Shown piece after piece: positions 60,153-64,000 of a DNA stretch of 64,000 nt (positions within the stretch are counted from its first letter, which is position 1; the number at the start of each line of letters is the position of its first letter). The DNA is from Candidatus Latescibacterota bacterium (GTDB lineage: Bacteria > Latescibacterota > UBA2968 > SICM01), in NCBI GenBank assembly GCA_965217865.1, contig CBDCJO010000002.1, forward strand, positions 1,216,001-1,280,000. The letters run 5' to 3'. A program made the position numbers and the translations under genes. The notes under the pieces were generated by a model. That model saw only the letters and a list, made by a program, of their open reading frames with translations, was not told the DNA's origin and searched no databases.

Positions 60153-60440
60153 ATGGACATCGAAGACTGGCGCAAACAGATCGATGAGATCGATTCTTCC
60201 ATCGTTGAGATCCTCAACCGAAGGATGGCCTGTTCATTGAAAATCGGCGGGATCAAGAAAACTTCTGGAAAACCGGTTTACGCACCCCAACGGGAAATGG
60301 CCATCCTGGATCGCATCCAGAGTCTCAATGGAGGCCCCCTGGGCGGAGAGGCCCTCAAGCGTATCTTCCAACTTATTATCGAGGAGTCCCGGAGGCTTGA
60401 ACAGGAACATTCGGACGAAAATCATCCATCAGAGACATGA
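60153..60440 (+). CDS. Stand-alone chorismate mutase (AroQ type)
   Basis: WRKQIDEID..I...LNRR...IG.IK...P.RE...IF..II.ESR. Confidence 0.9.
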   Translation: MDIEDWRKQIDEIDSSIVEILNRRMACSLKIGGIKKTSGKPVYAPQREMAILDRIQSLNGGPLGGEALKRIFQLIIEESRRLEQEHSDENHPSET

Positions 60441-60513
60441 GATCGGCGTTGCCAAGCTCGATGTCGATCCGACTCCTTGAGAAGATCCACCTCGGAGGTA
60501 AAGGAGCGGGTTC

Positions 60514-61527
60514 ATGGTAATCGTCATGGAGATTCAGGCAACCGAGGAGCAGATCCAAACAGTTGCCGACAGGCTCAAGGTTATGGGTTTCAGCACGCAC
60601 AGGTCGACCGGGGTCACCCGCACCGTGATCGGGGCCATTGGGGACAAAAGCGGTTTCGACGAGAGGGAAATCCAGATGCTGGATGGTGTGCACGAGGTGG
60701 TGCGGATCAGCGAGCCATACAAACTGGCCAGCAGGACATTTCGTTCGGAAAACACCGTCATCAATTTGAATGGAGTGGAGATCGGCGGAGAAAAAGTGGT
60801 TGTCATGGCAGGTCCCTGTTCTGTGGAGAGTCGGGATCAGATCATGACGATCGCCGAACACGTCAGCAAAGCCGGGGCTAAAATCCTTCGGGGGGGGGCA
60901 TTCAAACCCCGAAGTTCACCCTACAGCTTCCAGGGTTTGGGAGAAGAGGGCCTCAAGTTGCTTCGCGAAGCCGCAGACCGCTTTGGGATGCTTGTCGTCA
61001 CGGAAGTCATGGACCGGAGTCAAATCCCTCTTGTGGACAAATATGCGGACATTTTCCAGACCGGGGCCAGGAACATGCAGAACTTCAACCTGCTTAGGGG
61101 CCTCGGCCAAATCAAAAAGCCGGTCTTCCTGAAACGGGGATTGGCCGCCACCATCGAGGAATGGCTTATGTCGGCGGAGTACGTGATGTCGGAGGGTAAT
61201 CACGAGCTGATGCTCTGCGAGCGGGGCATCCGCACTTTCGAAACATACACCCGAAATACCCTGGATATCAGTGCGATCCCTGTGGTTCACAAACTATCGC
61301 ACCTGCCCGTGATCGCTGACCCGAGTCACGGAACCGGCATCCGGGACAAGGTTCTCCCGATGGCGAGAGCAGCCGTGGCCGCGGGATCGGACGGATTGAT
61401 GATCGAAGTCCATAACGATCCCACCCAAGCCCTTTCAGACGGCGCGCAGTCCTTGTGGCCTGACCAGTTCGACGAACTGATGAAGGAACTCCGGATCATC
61501 GTACCGGCCCTGAATAAGACGATATAA
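60514..61527 (+). CDS. aroF: DAHP synthase, class I-beta with N-terminal ferredoxin-like regulatory domain
   Basis: MVIVM...IGAIGD, AGPCSVES, RGGAFKPRSSPYSFQG, GARNMQN, CERGIRTFE, DPSH. Confidence 0.95.
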   Translation: MVIVMEIQATEEQIQTVADRLKVMGFSTHRSTGVTRTVIGAIGDKSGFDEREIQMLDGVHEVVRISEPYKLASRTFRSENTVINLNGVEIGGEKVVVMAGPCSVESRDQIMTIAEHVSKAGAKILRGGAFKPRSSPYSFQGLGEEGLKLLREAADRFGMLVVTEVMDRSQIPLVDKYADIFQTGARNMQNFNLLRGLGQIKKPVFLKRGLAATIEEWLMSAEYVMSEGNHELMLCERGIRTFETYTRNTLDISAIPVVHKLSHLPVIADPSHGTGIRDKVLPMARAAVAAGSDGLMIEVHNDPTQALSDGAQSLWPDQFDELMKELRIIVPALNKTI

Positions 61528-61567
61528 ACCTTTTTTCGTTTAAGTCTCACGTTGACGTATTCCTGCT

Positions 61568-62674
61568 ATGGCCGAAGGACCTTTTTTCAATCGTGTCGCC
61601 GTCGTGGGGGTAGGACTGATTGGCGGGTCCATCGGCCTGGCCTGCAAACGGGTCCTCGCATGCCGGGAAATCGTGGGGGTCAGCCGTCCCCAAACCTTGA
61701 AAGAGGCCCTTCAAGTCGGGGCGATTGATCGCGGGGTCGATTACGATGAGATGGCCGATGGGATTGGGGAAGCCGATGTTGTCTTCCTGTGCACACCGAT
61801 CTCTCGAATCCTGAGTTTGATCGAAGAGGTGATCCTCAAGGTCAAACCCGGAGCTTTGGTAACGGATGTTGGGAGCACAAAGGCGCAAATCGTATCGAAG
61901 GCCAGGTCCGTCGCCCGGTCCGAAGTTCATTTCATCGGGGGGCACCCCATGGCCGGATCGGAACGGAGCCGGGTGTCCGCAGCAGATCCGTTCATGTTTC
62001 AGAACGCGATCTATGTATTAACCCCTGCTCCGGGTGTGCCAGATGATGTGCAGGAGAAATTTACCGCATTTATCCGGCGCATCGGGGCCCAACCAATTTT
62101 GATCGATCCAGATGCCCACGACCATGCTGCAGCCCTCATCAGCCATCTTCCTCAGATGATCGCCACATCGCTTGTCGGAATGGTCGGAAAATTGGACAAA
62201 GGGGATGGGCTCCTCCTCCGATTGGCGGCCGGAGGCTTCCGAGACATGACCCGGGTCGCCTCTAGCCCTTTCGAAATGTGGAGAGACATCTGCAGCACCA
62301 ACGGTGAGGTCATCCAGGAGATGATCGACCGTTATATTTCGAGTTTGAAAACCCTGAGGAATCGGATCGGCGACGATTCTCTTGCCGAGAATTTCGGATA
62401 TGCGAATCGGATACGAGGGAGCATCCCGAAGGACTCCAAGGGTTTTCTCCACACCCTTCACGAGATCCTGATCGTCGTGGAGGATAAACCTGGGGTAATC
62501 TCCGATATCACAGGGACCCTGTCGGACGAGATGATCAACATCAACGATATTGAGGTTCTCAAGGTGCGGGAGGGTGAAGGTGGGACCCTCCGGTTGGGAT
62601 TCGATTCCATACAGGCGGCGAATCGATCCGTGGAAATCCTTTCCCGGAAGGGATATCAAGTGAGACCCAGGTGA
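61568..62674 (+). CDS. tyrA: Prephenate/arogenate dehydrogenase with C-terminal ACT domain
   Basis: GVGLIGGS, DVGSTK, GGHPMAGSE, SHLP, GGFRDMTRVA, DKPGVI ACT motif. Confidence 0.93.
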   Translation: MAEGPFFNRVAVVGVGLIGGSIGLACKRVLACREIVGVSRPQTLKEALQVGAIDRGVDYDEMADGIGEADVVFLCTPISRILSLIEEVILKVKPGALVTDVGSTKAQIVSKARSVARSEVHFIGGHPMAGSERSRVSAADPFMFQNAIYVLTPAPGVPDDVQEKFTAFIRRIGAQPILIDPDAHDHAAALISHLPQMIATSLVGMVGKLDKGDGLLLRLAAGGFRDMTRVASSPFEMWRDICSTNGEVIQEMIDRYISSLKTLRNRIGDDSLAENFGYANRIRGSIPKDSKGFLHTLHEILIVVEDKPGVISDITGTLSDEMININDIEVLKVREGEGGTLRLGFDSIQAANRSVEILSRKGYQVRPR

Positions 62675-62716
62675 TGGGTGCGGGATAATTAACCCCTGTT
62701 GGTAGCAAGATCCCAT

Positions 62717-63364
62717 ATGGATATACTCATAAACCCGATAAAAGGCCTGAACGGAGAGATCGTATTGCCCGAAGGCAAGTGGAACACCCTGTGCGCTATG
62801 GCGATGGTTTTGGCGGCCTCGTCCTATCCCAAATCCGACCTGACCCTCCAGGGCGTGTCCCTGGATCCTAAAGGGAGGCGGATGATTCAGGTTTTCAGAT
62901 GGATGAATGTAGGAATCGAATCCGAGAACCGACAAAGAGAGCGAACCGGAAGCCTCCGCATCAAAGGGTCGAAGATGCGTCCAACAAAAGTGGGTGGAGA
63001 AACGGCGGGATTGTTTCTTCAAGAGATCCCGATGTGGATTGTTGCCGGAATCTTTACTTCCGGGGAGATGGTCATTCGAGACATAGGGCAACTTCGGGAA
63101 GGAGAGTTTGACCGGCTCGAACAGCTGGTCGATAATCTGCGAAAGATGGGCATCCGTGTTGGGGAGATGCCCGATGGCGTCGTAGTCGAAGGCAACCGAA
63201 GGCCGCAAGGAACGGAGCTTGATGCCAGGAGAGATGGACCTCTTGCCATGGCCCTGGCATTGGCGGGATTTCGGGCGGAGGGAGAGAAAACGGTCATTCA
63301 CAACGCAGATGGATTGGATCCCATCTGGCCGGGTTTCATTCAATCCGTGACAGAACGGTGTTGA
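62717..63364 (+). CDS. Half-length (215 aa) EPSP-synthase-like protein with degenerate active site
   Basis: LNGEIVLPEGK resembles the AroA N-terminus and joins directly to AroA C-terminal-half-like sequence (LQEIP, LREGEFDRL..L..NL.KMG, DG..V.G, DGPLAMA, WPGF). Confidence 0.75.
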   Translation: MDILINPIKGLNGEIVLPEGKWNTLCAMAMVLAASSYPKSDLTLQGVSLDPKGRRMIQVFRWMNVGIESENRQRERTGSLRIKGSKMRPTKVGGETAGLFLQEIPMWIVAGIFTSGEMVIRDIGQLREGEFDRLEQLVDNLRKMGIRVGEMPDGVVVEGNRRPQGTELDARRDGPLAMALALAGFRAEGEKTVIHNADGLDPIWPGFIQSVTERC

Positions 63365-63373
63365 GGGTCCGTC

Positions 63374-63514
63374 ATGAAATTTCTTTTTAAACTATCGCTT
63401 CTGGCCCTGCTGGTCATCGCCGGTGGAATTTTTTATATCCGGCACCGCTATGGATGCTCGTGGGGTGAGAGCTTTGAAATCGCCGACCAGTTTGTGGCCG
63501 ACCTTTTATGGTGA
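63374..63514 (+). CDS. Small single-TM protein (46 aa)
   Basis: MKFLFKLSLLALLVIAGGIFYIRHRYGCSWGESFEIADQFVADLLW; GAGG RBS; 9 nt after the upstream stop. Confidence 0.55.
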   Translation: MKFLFKLSLLALLVIAGGIFYIRHRYGCSWGESFEIADQFVADLLW

Positions 63515-63594
63515 GAATCGGAGGTTCAGGCAAACAGGGTGCGCCATGGAAATGGTTTAGTTGAATCTTCGATATCACACAGGTGCGCTGCAAG

Positions 63595-64000
63595 ATGGAT
63601 ATCTTTGCCACGACCAGGATCCTAGGCGTGATCGGTCATCCGGTCGCCCACTCCTATTCTCCCGCCATGCACAACGCCGCGATTGCGGACCTCGGGATCG
63701 ACTATGGGTATGTGGCATTTTGTGTGAAGCCTGAAGAGGTGGAAGGAGCCGTTCGAGGGATAAAGGCGCTCAATATCCGGGGTCTAAATGTTACGGTCCC
63801 TCATAAACTGGCCGTTATGGATTACCTCGATGAAATTTCGGAAGAGGCCAGCGTCGTGGGTGCCGTCAACACGATATCCTTTGAATCTGATGGCCGCCTG
63901 ATCGGTTATAACACCGATGTCTACGGGGCTTTGACAGCCCTCAGCCTCTCAGGAGGACTGGATCCGCTTCCCCCAGAAGTCGTTGTCCTCGGTGCGGGAG
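63595..64000 (+). CDS. aroE: Shikimate dehydrogenase (runs off the window)
   Basis: Manual translation: GVIGHPVAHSYSPAMHN...GLNVTVPHK...GAVNT...GYNTD...VLGAG. Confidence 0.95.
   Translation, partial: MDIFATTRILGVIGHPVAHSYSPAMHNAAIADLGIDYGYVAFCVKPEEVEGAVRGIKALNIRGLNVTVPHKLAVMDYLDEISEEASVVGAVNTISFESDGRLIGYNTDVYGALTALSLSGGLDPLPPEVVVLGAG

Noticed and set aside
1-64000. tRNA, rRNA, riboswitch or T-box elements
   Set aside because: None recognised by eye in the intergenic regions; a covariance-model scan would be needed to exclude them.

Overview
Bacterial chromosomal window, moderately GC-rich, probably from an FCB-group lineage such as Latescibacterota (inferred from PorV, a T9SS-type C-terminal domain and a paired DxDGDGxVDxxDF C-terminal tag; not verified). 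A ~44 kb minus-strand run reads, in transcription order: a porV/secreted-protein/Omp85 cluster; ndk; yceD-rpmF-fabH-fabD-fabG-acpP-fabF-rnc (no plsX); then a tightly coupled uncharacterised block (LipM-like octanoyltransferase, two small proteins, a GlmL-like ASKHA ATPase with no mutase partner in the window, a peptide ABC transporter split around a lipoyl-domain-like protein, a DUF6754-like protein and three membrane proteins); a second peptidase-propeller-Omp85 protein, GT2, DUF2304, DUF362, lpdA, anmK, a frameshifted HD-GYP gene, ccsA-like and hemA. An AT-richer island at 44.2-46.7 kb holds two IS1595-family transposases (one broken) and a small two-gene pair. The plus-strand part has rmlD, a Dpm1-like GT2, an S41 protease, a 2-hydroxyacid dehydrogenase, an ABC pair and an aromatic supraoperon (trpEGDCFBA, chorismate mutase, DAHP synthase, tyrA, a half-length AroA homologue, aroE). 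Main highlights: (1) the GlmL/DUF6754/lipoyl-like/Opp operon as a candidate undescribed system; (2) an attenuator whose leader peptide carries Phe, Tyr and Trp codons together (FFDYFRAYWW); (3) an intact single-domain, catalytically degenerate EPSP-synthase homologue in the aroA position. All family calls come from motif recognition by eye; no searches were run.
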